Assembly: GCA_963816185.1 (NCBI GenBank)
Contig: CAWFJJ010000029.1
Location: forward strand, 224,001-288,000
DNA from: Thermoanaerobaculia bacterium
GTDB lineage: Bacteria; Acidobacteriota; Thermoanaerobaculia; UBA5066
Direction: 5' to 3'
Length of the DNA: 64,000 nucleotides
The notes beneath the pieces are model-generated. The model searched no databases and was not told the DNA's origin. It saw only the letters and a program-made list of their open reading frames with translations. Positions 37,103 through 47,142 of this stretch are shown piece by piece. The position numbers and the translations under genes were made by a program. Position 1 is the first letter of the stretch. Each line of letters begins with the position of its first letter.

Positions 37103-37968
37103 AGCCCCGCCAACCGTCCGATGATCGGCGGGATCAGATATGTCGCGAGCTGCCGTTGAGAGCCTCCTCCGAGGACGACCTCCAGCTTCGCTCCGCAGGC
37201 CTTCTCCGCCAGCTCTTTCATCAGAACCGCGATGCTCCAGTAGCAGGGTCCCGAGAGGCCTATGTCAGCGTAATCGCCCTCGTGAGTGTCGAAGCCGAAA
37301 TACCAGAAGAGAAAGTCCGGCTTAAACGTGCCGACCCGGTCGTCGGCGTTCCGCGCGACGAGATCGAAATAGGCGTCGTTCATGGCTTCGCTTCCTCCGC
37401 CCTCCGAGGGGATCGGACAGGCCACGTCGACCTTCGTGCCGTCTTTGGACTCGAAGTCCGCGCTGCAGAAGCAGATGTGGAGGACGTCGGAATCATCGCG
37501 GAAGATCTCGCGCGTCCCGTCGGCGTGGTGTGCATCCGTGTCCACGATCGCGAAGCGCTTCAGGCCGACCTTCTCGCGCAGGTTGACGATGCAGAGGGCC
37601 ACGTCGTTGAAGCAGCAGAAGCCTCCGAATTCGTTGCTACCCGCGTGATGCCCGCCCGCGCCGATGAACGCAAAGGCGTTCGTGAGGTCCCCGCTCGCGA
37701 TCTTCTCGCCGGCGGCGACCACGCCTCCCGCCGAATGCCAGGCCGTGGAGCAAAGGGGATCCTTTTCGACGCGCTCCAGAAGGTCAGGCGTGTGAATCTT
37801 CAACAGCAATTCCCGGGAGACGGGCTCCGGCTCGTACAACTTGACCCTGTCGCTCTCCAGAAGCTTGTCGAGGGCGCTCGGAAAGTCGGCCAGCCGCGTG
37901 CCGACCGTCAGGTAGCTACGCCGGGAGAAGGAAGAGTGATAGAAGACTCCGGTCGCGTGCTTCGCCAT
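37099..37968 (-). CDS. Histone-deacetylase-family (AcuC-like) amidohydrolase
   Basis: GGHHAG, GGFCCFNDVA, DTDAHHADGT, GFDTH. Confidence 0.88.
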   Translation of the reverse strand: MAKHATGVFYHSSFSRRSYLTVGTRLADFPSALDKLLESDRVKLYEPEPVSRELLLKIHTPDLLERVEKDPLCSTAWHSAGGVVAAGEKIASGDLTNAFAFIGAGGHHAGSNEFGGFCCFNDVALCIVNLREKVGLKRFAIVDTDAHHADGTREIFRDDSDVLHICFCSADFESKDGTKVDVACPIPSEGGGSEAMNDAYFDLVARNADDRVGTFKPDFLFWYFGFDTHEGDYADIGLSGPCYWSIAVLMKELAEKACGAKLEVVLGGGSQRQLATYLIPPIIGRLAGL

Positions 37969-37999
37969 GATTGTCTCGCCCTGAGAAGAAAGACGAGGC

Positions 38000-38773
38000 C
38001 TACTCCCACTTCGGCGGTCGCTTCTCGAGGAAGGCGTGGAGGCCTTCGGCGAAGTCGGGGGTGCCCGCGAGGTGAACCGCCGCGTCGAGCTCGAGGGCGA
38101 GGGCATCTTCATACGGGAGATCGAGGCCCAGCGTGATGCACCGGCGGATGGCCGCGAGCGCGGAGGCCGGCTTCTTGGCCAGAGCCGCGGCATACGCCTG
38201 GGCCTCCTCCCGGAGCTTCTCGGGAGGCACGACGAAATCCACGAGCCCCATCGCGAGCGCTTCGTCGGCCGTGACGAGATTTCCCTCGTAGAGAAAACGC
38301 AACGCACGAGGGCGGCCGAGGAGCCGGGACAGGGACTGCGTGGTGCCCACGGGCGGAATGAAACCGATGTTGATCTCCGGCTGCCCAAGGCGTGCATCCT
38401 TCGCGGCAAAACGGACATCGCAGTGGAGAACGATCTCGAGTCCGCCGCCGACCGCCGTCCCGTGAATGGCGCCGAGAAGCGGCTTCGGAGCCTCGCGGAT
38501 CTGTCCGACGAGACGATGACAGATCTCGACCCATTCCCGCATTTCCCCCGGCCGCATGGCCTTGAGGACTTTGAGGTCCGCTCCGGTCGAGAAGAACTTC
38601 TCGAGCGCGCTGGCAATCACGATGACGCGAACGCCGGCATCCCGCAGGAGCTCGTCCAGCGCCAGCGGGATTTCGCGGAGCATCGTCCAGTCGATGGCGT
38701 TGAGGGGCGGCCGCCGGTACTCGAGCCAGCCGACGCGGTCTCTTACGCTCGTTTTCAGGAACTCGTAGCTCAT
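38000..38773 (-). CDS. Enoyl-CoA hydratase/isomerase
   Basis: FSTGADL, AVGGGLE, GQPEINIG, EGLHAFLEKRPP. Confidence 0.92.
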   Translation of the reverse strand: MSYEFLKTSVRDRVGWLEYRRPPLNAIDWTMLREIPLALDELLRDAGVRVIVIASALEKFFSTGADLKVLKAMRPGEMREWVEICHRLVGQIREAPKPLLGAIHGTAVGGGLEIVLHCDVRFAAKDARLGQPEINIGFIPPVGTTQSLSRLLGRPRALRFLYEGNLVTADEALAMGLVDFVVPPEKLREEAQAYAAALAKKPASALAAIRRCITLGLDLPYEDALALELDAAVHLAGTPDFAEGLHAFLEKRPPKWE

Positions 38774-38852
38774 GGTCACCTCGCCGAATCGATCTTCAGC
38801 GGGCGATTATCGGCCCGGCATACGATCGGCCGCCGGACGAGGGAGGGCGGGG

Positions 38853-40043
38853 ATGGCGGAGCACGCGGACGTCGCGATCATCGGCGCCGGAGTCATCGGC
38901 TGCAGCGTCGCGTTCCACCTCGCGCGCCTCGGCCGGCGCGGCGTCTTCTTGATCGAGAAGGAGCCGTTGCCCGGCTCGGGCTCGACGTCGAAGGCGAACG
39001 GCGGCATCCGGGCCCAGTTCACGACGGAGATCAACGTCGCGATGTCCCTCGCCTCGATGGCCATCCTCGACTCTCTCGCGGACGAGATCGGCGACCCGCC
39101 GCTCTACCGGAAGGCCGGCTACCTCTTCCTCACGGGCGACCCGGCGCGGCTCTCCGCGATGAAGGCCGCCGCCGCGTTCCAGCGCGCGCGCGGCGTCAGC
39201 GTCGAGGTCCTCGACGCGGCGGGCGTGCGCGCGAAGGCGCCCTACGCGGCCGGGCCGATCCTGGGCGGCACTTTCGGCCCGCGCGACGGATTCATCGATC
39301 CGGGCGGCCTGACGAACTTCTTCCTGCGCGAGGCGACACGGGCCGGCGTCACGGTGCGCTACGGCGCCGGGGTGACGGCGGTCGAGAGGGAGTCCTCCGG
39401 GACGTTCTGCCTCCGCACGGCGGCCGGCGAGATCCGGGCTTCCGTCGTGGTCGACGCCGCGGGACCTTTCTCGGGCCGCGTCGCGGCGCTCTTCGGGGTG
39501 GACCTTCCCGTCGTGCCCGTCCGCCGGCACATCCTCATCAGCGGGCCTTGCCCCTCGCTCCCGCAGACGATCCCCATGACGATCGACGCGGACAGCGGCA
39601 TCCTCATCCGCCGCGAGGGAAACCGGGTCCTGATCGCGTACTCGAACCCCGACGAGCCCGCCGGCTTCAACACCGCCTTCGACCCCGACTTCCCGCTCCG
39701 CATCGCCGAGCCGTTGGAGGCGCGTTTCCCCGCGGTCGGCGCAGCGGGCCTCGACCTCAAGCGGAGCTGGGCCGGGCTCTACGAGGTGACGCCCGACCAC
39801 CACGCCGTCATCGGCCCCGTTCCGGACGTGCCCGGCTTTTTCGTCGTCGCCGGCTTCTCCGGCCACGGCGTCATGCACGCGCCGGCGGCGGGCCGGGCGG
39901 TCGCCGAGATGATCGTCAAGGGGCGGAGCGAAAGCGTGGACGTCGGGGCGCTGTCCCTCGAGCGGTTCGCCCGCGGCGAGGCGATCCACGAGACGATGGT
40001 CCTCTGCCACGTTGACGAATTACGAGAAACAGAAGAAGCGTAA
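38853..40043 (+). CDS. FAD-dependent oxidoreductase (sarcosine oxidase beta/DadA-like)
   Basis: IIGAGVIG, GSTSKANGGIR, WAGLYEVTPD, GFSGHG. Confidence 0.88.
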   Translation: MAEHADVAIIGAGVIGCSVAFHLARLGRRGVFLIEKEPLPGSGSTSKANGGIRAQFTTEINVAMSLASMAILDSLADEIGDPPLYRKAGYLFLTGDPARLSAMKAAAAFQRARGVSVEVLDAAGVRAKAPYAAGPILGGTFGPRDGFIDPGGLTNFFLREATRAGVTVRYGAGVTAVERESSGTFCLRTAAGEIRASVVVDAAGPFSGRVAALFGVDLPVVPVRRHILISGPCPSLPQTIPMTIDADSGILIRREGNRVLIAYSNPDEPAGFNTAFDPDFPLRIAEPLEARFPAVGAAGLDLKRSWAGLYEVTPDHHAVIGPVPDVPGFFVVAGFSGHGVMHAPAAGRAVAEMIVKGRSESVDVGALSLERFARGEAIHETMVLCHVDELRETEEA

Positions 40044-40094
40044 CCGAATCGCTTTCGAGAGACCGCCCGCGCGGATATCATTCTGCGCGGGAAC

Positions 40095-43000
40095 ATGGAA
40101 TCGGGGTCAGACAGCCCGGACGTCGGGAAACGCCTCCGGGAGCGGGGAGAGCGTGTTCAGGCGGCGGCCTTCCGGATCGCCGAAGCCGTCACAGCGACCG
40201 AGAGCCTGAAGGAGCTGTTCTCGAGGATCCACTCGATCGTGAGCGGGCTGATGGAGGCCGCCAATCTCTACATCGCCCTGCACGACCCGGACCGCGACAT
40301 CCTCAGCTTTCCGTACTTCGTCGACGAGGTGGACGAGCCGTTTCCGCCGAAGCCTCTCGGCAAGGGCCTGACGGAGTACGTTCTCCGGACGGGCCGGCCC
40401 CTTCTCGCCTCTCCCGCCGTCTTCGAGGAGCTCGTCGCTTCCGGCGAGGTCGAGCCCATCGGGAGCGCCTCGGTCGACTGGCTCGGCGTCCCGTTGCGCG
40501 GCCGCGACCGGACCATCGGCGTCCTGGTGGTCCAGAGCTACTCGGGCAAAGTCCGCTACACCGAGGAGGATCGCGACCTCCTCGTCTTCGTCTCCTCCCA
40601 GATCGCCCAGACCATCGAGAGGAAACGCTCCGAAGAGGCCCTCCGCGAGAGCGAGCTGAAGCTGCGGTCGACCGTCGCGGATCTGAAGCGGCTGACCGAC
40701 AACATGGTCGACGTGATCAGCCAGGTGGACCTCGGGGGGCGGTTCCAGTTCGTCAGCCCGTCGCACGAGGTCGTGACGGGCTGGACGCCCGGAGAGCTCC
40801 TCGGCGCGAACGCCCTCGACCTCGTCCACCCCGACGACCGCGAGATGATCCGCGCCAAGCTGGCGCGCGGGGCGGTGACCGGAAAATCCGGAGTGGCGGA
40901 GTACCGGTACCGGGTTCGAGACGGAAGGTACATCTGGGTCGAGACCGTTTCGAACGTCCTGCGCGGTCCCGACGGAAAGCCGCAGGCCTACGTCCTCGGG
41001 TCCCGCGACGTGACCGCTCGCAAGAGGGCCGAGGCGGTCCTCGGGGTCCTCCACGAGACGGAAAGGAAGATCCTTCGCCACGAGCCGATCGAACGGATCC
41101 TGCAGTTCATCTGTGACGAGGTGGCGGGCCGATTCGAGTTCGCCGTCGTGTGGATCGGCACAAGGAGCCCGATGGGTCGATCGAGCCAGCGGGCCGTTGC
41201 GGGGCCGGCCGGGGACTTCGTCGAGGCAGAGCCGCTTCCGGTGGGACGGCGCGCCCGAAGGGCAGGGTCCGAGCGGGGAGGCCATCCGCACCGGCCGGCC
41301 GGTGGTCATTACGACGAAGGCGGACGAGAGGGTCGCGGCCTGGAAGGACGGCGTCGAGAAGTTCCGTCTCGGCTCGGCGCTGTCGATCCCGCTCGTCGTC
41401 GGGGAGTCCGTGCTCGGTGTCCTCTCGAGCTACTCGGACCGCCCGAACTCCTACGGCGAGGAGACGACCCGCCTTCTCACGCGCTTCGCCGACCAGGCGG
41501 CGCTCGCCCTCGTCGAAGCGGGGCAGCACGAGCGGATCGAGCTCCAGACCGCGGCGCTCGAGGCGGCGGCGAACGCGGTCGTCATCACGGACCGCGAGGG
41601 CCGGATCGAGTGGGTGAACCCCGCCTTCACGGAGCTCACCGGATGGCAGAGGGAGGAGGTCATCGGGAAGACCCCGCGAATCCTGAAGTCGGACATCCAG
41701 GCCCCCTACTACTACGAGAAGCTCTGGGAGACGATCGTGGCGGGGAACGTCTGGCGGGGCGAGCTTCACAACCGGCGCAAGGACGGCTCGGTCTACGTCG
41801 AGGAGCAGACCATCACCCCGGTCCGGTCGGCGGACGGAGAGATTCGCCACTTCATCTCGATCAAGCAGGACGTCACGGCCCGAAGGCAGAACGAGGAGCG
41901 GATCAGGCACCTCGCCTTGCACGACCCGCTCACGGACCTCTCCAACCGCCACGCGTTCGAAGAGTCTCTGGCGCGACCGTGTCCCGGCGCGCTCCGCGGA
42001 TCGCCGTCGTCGCTTCTCCTCCTCGACCTCGACAACTTCAAGATCGTCAACGATGCGCTCGGGCACCCCGCCGGCGACCAGGTCCTGGTCGAGGTGGCCC
42101 GTCTCATCGTGACGCTCGTGCGCCCCGGCGACGTGGTCGCCCGGTTCGGCGGCGACGAGTTCGCCGTCCTGCTCGAAGGGGTGGCGCTGGAGGGAGCCCG
42201 GATCACGGCGGAGCGGCTCCGGCAATCCGTCGACGAGCACCGGTTCTACGTCGGCGACCGTGCTTTCGACCTCGGGGTCAGCGTCGGAGTGGTCCCGGTG
42301 GACGGCCCGCGGACGCCTCGTCCCTGATGGCCGTCGCCGACACGGCGCTCTATGCCGCCAAGGAGAGGGGCCGCAACCGGGTGATGGTCGTCGAGAGCGC
42401 GCGAGCAGCGCCTCTCCGCTCTCCCAGGCGAGCCGCTGGGCGTCGCGGATCAAGGAGGCGCTGCGGGAGAATCGTTTCGTCCTCCACTACCAGCCGATCT
42501 TCCATTTCAAGTCGGGCCGAGCGGCGCACTTCGAGGCGCTCATCCGTCTGCAGGAGGGGCAGGACGACCTATCGCGCCGGAGGTCTTCCTCCCGGCGGCG
42601 GAGAGGTTCGGCCTGATGCCCTACGTCGATGCCTGGGTCGTGGACCAGCGTCATCGAGCTCCTGGTCAACCGTCCCGACGTGGAGATCTTCGTCAACCTC
42701 TCGGGCACGAGCCTGGGAGACGAGTCTCTCTCTCGTACATCGAGGAGCGCTGACCTCGACGGGCTCCCGGCCGGACGCCTGGCCTTCGAGATCACCGAGA
42801 CGGCGGCGGTCGAGGGACATCGTCGTCGCCCGCGAGTGGATGCGCCGGGTGAAGGACCGCGGGTGCCGGTTCGCGCTCGACGACTTCGGGACCGGGTTCT
42901 CTTCCTTCTCCTACCTCCAGAGCCTGCCGGCCGATTACGTGAAGATCGACGGCTCCTTCATCCGGGGAGTGGAGACCGACCCGGCCGCCCGTGCCCTCGT

Positions 43001-43208
43001 GAGGGCGATCGACACGATGGCCCACACCCTGGGAAAAGAGACGATCGCCGAGTGCGTGGAGAGTCTGGATTCCGTGAAAACTCTCGTGGAGCTCGGCGTC
43101 GGGTACGGCCAGGGCTACGCGCTGGGAATGCCGGCCCCGGAGCTTTCGCCGGGCGGTGGGCGTACTCTTCCGCTGCCGAAGGTCAAGCGGGCGACGGAAG
43201 GCGGCTGA
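40095..43208 (+). CDS. GAF-PAS-GAF-PAS-GGDEF-EAL diguanylate cyclase/phosphodiesterase (multiple frameshifts)
   Basis: WLGVPL GAF; VHPDD PAS; HDPLTDL, DNFKIVND, RFGGDEF; FEALIRL, DDFGTGFSS, VKIDGSF, spread over three frames. Confidence 0.88.
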   Translation: MESGSDSPDVGKRLRERGERVQAAAFRIAEAVTATESLKELFSRIHSIVSGLMEAANLYIALHDPDRDILSFPYFVDEVDEPFPPKPLGKGLTEYVLRTGRPLLASPAVFEELVASGEVEPIGSASVDWLGVPLRGRDRTIGVLVVQSYSGKVRYTEEDRDLLVFVSSQIAQTIERKRSEEALRESELKLRSTVADLKRLTDNMVDVISQVDLGGRFQFVSPSHEVVTGWTPGELLGANALDLVHPDDREMIRAKLARGAVTGKSGVAEYRYRVRDGRYIWVETVSNVLRGPDGKPQAYVLGSRDVTARKRAEAVLGVLHETERKILRHEPIERILQFICDEVAGRFEFAVVWIGTRSPMGRSSQRAVAGPAGDFVEAEPLPVGRRARRAGSERGGHPHRPAGGHYDEGGREGRGLEGRRREVPSRLGAVDPARRRGVRARCPLELLGPPELLRRGDDPPSHALRRPGGARPRRSGAARADRAPDRGARGGGERGRHHGPRGPDRVGEPRLHGAHRMAEGGGHREDPANPEVGHPGPLLLREALGDDRGGERLAGRASQPAQGRLGLRRGADHHPGPVGGRRDSPLHLDQAGRHGPKAERGADQAPRLARPAHGPLQPPRVRRVSGATVSRRAPRIAVVASPPRPRQLQDRQRCARAPRRRPGPGRGGPSHRDARAPRRRGRPVRRRRVRRPARRGGAGGSPDHGGAAPAIRRRAPVLRRRPCFRPRGQRRSGPGGRPADASSLMAVADTALYAAKERGRNRVMVVESARAAPLRSPRRAAGRRGSRRRCGRIVSSSTTSRSSISSRAERRTSRRSSVCRRGRTTYRAGGLPPGGGEVRPDALRRCLGRGPASSSSWSTVPTWRSSSTSRARAWETSLSLVHRGALTSTGSRPDAWPSRSPRRRRSRDIVVAREWMRRVKDRGCRFALDDFGTGFSSFSYLQSLPADYVKIDGSFIRGVETDPAARALVRAIDTMAHTLGKETIAECVESLDSVKTLVELGVGYGQGYALGMPAPELSPGGGRTLPLPKVKRATEGG

Positions 43209-44272
43209 ATGAAGAAACACCGCATCGCCGTGATCGCCGGAGACGGAATCGGCAAGGAGGTCGTGCCGGAGGGGATCCGCGTGCTCGAAGCGGCGGGCGC
43301 GAAGTTCGGGCTCGCGTTCCAGTGGGACGAGCTGCCGTGGAGCTGCGCGTACTACGCGAAGACCGGGCGCGATGATGCCGGAGGACGGGCTCGACCAGAT
43401 CCGCGACCACGACGCGATCTTCCTCGGCGCGGTCGGCTTCCCGGGCGTCCCCGACCACGTCTCGCTCTGGGGGCTCCTGATCCCGATCCGCCGGCGGTTC
43501 CGACCAGTACGTGAACGTCCGGCCCGTGCGGCTCATGCCGGGCGTTCCGCTCGCCCCTGCGCGGCCGCGAGCCCGGGGACATCGACTTCGTCGTCGTGAG
43601 GGAGAACAACGAGGGGGAGTACTCGACGCTCGGCGGACGGATGCTTCGAGGGCACGGACGCCGAGATGGTCGTGCAGGAGAGCGTCTTCACCCGGCGCGG
43701 CATCGACCGGATCATGCGGTACGCCTTCGAGCTCGCGCCGCAAGGGCCGAAGAAGCACCTGACCTCGGCGACGAAGTCGAACGGCATCTGCCATCACGAT
43801 GCCGTATCTGGGACGAGCGGGCCGAGGCCATGGCGCGGGAATACCCCGACGTGAAGGCCGACAAGTACCACATCGACATCCTGACGGCGCACTTCGTCGG
43901 AACCCGGACTGGTTCGACGTCGTCGTCGGATCGAATCTCTTCGGAGACATCCTGTCGGACCTCGGGCCGGCCGTGCACCGGGCACGATCGCCATCGCGCC
44001 GTCGGCGAACCTGAACCCGGAGCGAGAGTACCCGTCGCATGTTCGAGCCGGTCCACGGCTCGGCTCCCGACATCGCCGGCAAGCGGGATCGCGAACCCGA
44101 TCGGCCAGATCTGGTCGGGCGCGATGATGCTCGAGCATCTCGGCCACCCCGAGGCCGCGGACGCGGTCGTGCGCGCGATCGAGCGGTCCTTCGGGAGGGC
44201 CCGCGCACGCCGGACATGGGCGGCCGCGCGAGCACCGGGGAGGTCGGCAAGGCGGTCGCCGGGGCGGTCTGA
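43209..44272 (+). CDS. Tartrate/D-malate dehydrogenase (beta-decarboxylating family), multiple frameshifts
   Basis: IAGDGIGKEV, VPDHVSLWGLL, RENNEGEYS, SNLFGDILSD, FEPVHGSAPDI, NPIGQIWS. Confidence 0.85.
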
Positions 44273-44314
44273 TCCGGCTCGCGCTAGGATGGGCGAAGCG
44301 GAGGAGGACCAATC

Positions 44315-45232
44315 GTGAAAAAAGCTCTCCGGCTCACTCGCATTCCCGCCCTGACGTTCGCCGCGCTCGTCCTCGCGAGCTGCGCGTGGAAGAAGGACCT
44401 CGACCAGGTCAAGGCCGAGAACAAGACGCTCAACGAGGAAAAGCAGCGCGCCCAGAGGGAGCTCGGCGCGGCCGGCGCCGCGACCGCCGAGATGCAGTCC
44501 ACGCTCGACGAGGTGCAGAAGAGCCTCGAGGACCTGCGCGTCAAGGAGCTCAAGGCCGTCAAGACCTCGATCGCCGTCGCCCAGGAAGGCAAGACCGCTA
44601 CCGCCCAGAAGCGCGACGAGCTGAAGACGGAGATCGAGGAGATCCGCAACGCCGTCAAGGCGAACCTCGCGAAGCTCGAGGCCCTCCAGAAGCAGAAACA
44701 CGCCTCGGACGTGAAGGCCACGACGCTCGAGCGACTCGTCGCCGAGCTGCGCGGCTCCCTCGAGGAGAAGGAAGCCACGATCGCCGCGCTCGAGCAGAAG
44801 ACGCAGGAGCTGACGAAGACGACGGAAGAGCTGAAGAGCACCGTGAAGGAGAAAGAGGCGGCCGTGAAGGAGAAGGAGGCCGTCATCGCGGACCGCGAGA
44901 CGCAGATGTCGACCGCCTACGTCCTCATCGCGACACAGAAGGCGCTCAAGAAGGCCGGCCTCGTCGAGAAGAAAGGCTCCGTGCTGGGCCTCGGCGGGAA
45001 CTGGCAGCGGACGGGCCAGTTCGACGAGACGCTCTTCAAGCAGATCGACACGCGCAAGGAGACGGAGTTCGCCGTGGGCGCCGCTCGCGACAAGGCACGG
45101 GTCCTCTCGGATCACCCGAAGGACAGCTACACGCTTGCGGCGGCGGGCCCGAAGGCGAGCACGCTGACCGTGACGGACGCGGCGCGGTTCTGGAAGGGCA
45201 GCAAGTACCTCGTCGTCATGCTGCCGGACTGA
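44315..45232 (+). CDS. Coiled-coil lipoprotein
   Basis: Lipobox VLASC, long heptad region, C-terminal domain ending FWKGSKYLVV. Confidence 0.8.
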   Translation: MKKALRLTRIPALTFAALVLASCAWKKDLDQVKAENKTLNEEKQRAQRELGAAGAATAEMQSTLDEVQKSLEDLRVKELKAVKTSIAVAQEGKTATAQKRDELKTEIEEIRNAVKANLAKLEALQKQKHASDVKATTLERLVAELRGSLEEKEATIAALEQKTQELTKTTEELKSTVKEKEAAVKEKEAVIADRETQMSTAYVLIATQKALKKAGLVEKKGSVLGLGGNWQRTGQFDETLFKQIDTRKETEFAVGAARDKARVLSDHPKDSYTLAAAGPKASTLTVTDAARFWKGSKYLVVMLPD

Positions 45233-45354
45233 GGGCGCGCGCGCGTGCACGGTTTCGTGCGCGGGCCTACCCCATGTGGTCTCCGAAGAGCACCCGAGGG
45301 GCGCCCCGACGTGCCATCGGGTTGCAGGCCAACGCGATCGGCTGTTCCGCGCCG

Positions 45355-45370
45355 TGGCACCGCGATTGAA
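45355..45370 (+). promoter_or_regulatory. Possible sigma-54 promoter of the cytochrome c gene
   Basis: TGGCAC-CGCGA-TTGAA (perfect -24, one mismatch at -12). Confidence 0.35.
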
Positions 45371-45408
45371 CGGAAGACGAGGAAGCCCGGTTACGGGCAG
45401 GAGGAAAA

Positions 45409-45667
45409 ATGAAGAAGACCACCACCGCCGTCGTCGCCACCCTCGCCGCGGTCGCCCTCGGCAGCGCGGCCCTTGCCACCATGGACATCCAGAAGGAGTA
45501 CAAGGCCAAGGACGCCGAAGGCCAACTGCGCCACCTGCCACGTCGCGAAGATGCCGAAGAAGGACGCCGCCGAGCTCAACGACTTCGGCAAGACCGTCAA
45601 GGCCGCCAAGGGCAAGGACGGAAAGGTCGACTGGTCGAAGGTCAAGGCCCCCGAAGCGAAGAAGTGA
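45409..45667 (+). CDS. Small monoheme cytochrome c (frameshift near 45515)
   Basis: AGGAGG RBS, signal peptide MKKTTT...ALA, CATCH heme motif in the shifted frame. Confidence 0.78.
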
Positions 45668-45702
45668 AATTTCCTCCCCTGGCGGCCGCACGGCGGCTGT
45701 CG

Positions 45703-45732
45703 CGCCCCCGGATCCAAATCCGGGGGCGTTTT
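45703..45732 (+). terminator. Intrinsic terminator
   Basis: CGCCCCCGGAT-CCAA-ATCCGGGGGCG-TTTT between convergent genes. Confidence 0.8.
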
Positions 45733-45743
45733 CGTTTCGTGCG

Positions 45744-47119
45744 TCAGCGGGCCAGCGGAGCGAAGCGCGCCGTGAAGTGGCGGAGCATGCGCGGGGCCTC
45801 GGTGATGCGGTAGCCCGTGATCTTCGACGCGTTCTTTGCGACCTCGAGGACGGCCTCGGCCACGTAATCCACGTGAGACTGCGTGTAGACGCGGCGCGGG
45901 AAGGCGAGGCGCACGAGATCCATCGGGCCGGGCTGCTCGGTGCCGTCGGTCTTCAGCCCGAACATGACCGTCCCGATCTCGACGCCGCGCACGCCCGCGA
46001 CCTCGTAAAGCGCGTTCACGAGCGCGATGCCCGGGTACTGGAGCGGCGGGATGTGCGGGAGCAGCGCGCGTGCGTCGAGGTACACCGCATGCCCGCCGGC
46101 GGGCGGATCATCGGCACGCGGGCCGATTCCAGCTTCTCGGCGAGGTACTCGATCGAGCGGATGCGGTATTGCAGGTACGGCTCTTCGACGACCTCCTCGA
46201 GGCCGCGCGCGATCGCCTCGAGGTCGTAGCCGGCGAGGCCGCCGTACGTCGGGAACCCCTCCGTGAGGATGAGAAGGTTGCGCGCTTTCTCGGCCCAGGC
46301 GTCGTCGTTCATCGCGAGGAAGCCGCCGATGTTCGCAAGCCCGTCCTTCTTCGCCGACATCGTGCAGCCGTCGGCCAGGGAGAACATCTCCTGCGCGATC
46401 TCCTTCGGGGTCCGGCCGTCCTGCCCCTTCTCACGGCGCTTGACGAGGTACGCGTTCTCGGCGAAGCGGCAGGCGTCGAGGAAGAAGGGCTTGTCGAACC
46501 GGTCGCAGAGCGCGCGCACGCCGTGGAGGTTCTCGAGCGACACGGGCTGGCCGCCCCCGGAGTTGTTCGTGACGGTGACCATGACGAGCGGAACGCGGCC
46601 GCCGTCCTTCGCGAGCGTCTCCTCGAGGGCTCCGAGATCGACGTTGCCCTTGAACGGGTGGAGGAGACTCGGGACGCGTCCTTCCGCAATGACGAGGTCG
46701 CGCGCCTCGGCGCCTTCGACCTCCACGTTCGCGCGCGTCGTGTCGAAGTGGTTGTTATTCGGGACGACGTCGCCCTCGTGAAGGATCGTGTGGAAGAGGA
46801 TGCGCTCCGCGGCGCGCCCCTGATGCGTCGGAATGACGTGCTTGAACCCCGTCAGCTCCTGCACGGCGTCGCGAAACCGGTAATACGAGCGGCTGCCCGC
46901 ATACGACTCGTCGCCCTGCATGAGCGCGCCCCACTGCGCGGCCGACATCGCGCCCGTGCCGGAGTCCGTCAGGAGGTCGATGAGGACGTCCTCGGCACGG
47001 AGGAGGAAGACGTTGTATCCGGCCTCGGCGATGGCCTTTTGCCGCTCCTCGACGGTCGTCGTCTTGATCGTCTCGACGGATTTGATCCGAAAGGGCTCGA
47101 TGATCGTGCGGAATTCCAC
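45744..47119 (-). CDS. tnaA: Tryptophanase (frameshift near 46090)
   Basis: EPFRIKSVE, DLLTDSGT, HQGRAAE, SAKKDG; HFDTT and LRHFTARF favour tryptophanase over tyrosine phenol-lyase. Confidence 0.85.
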
Positions 47120-47142
47120 GAGAGGCGAGGATAGCAGCGGGT

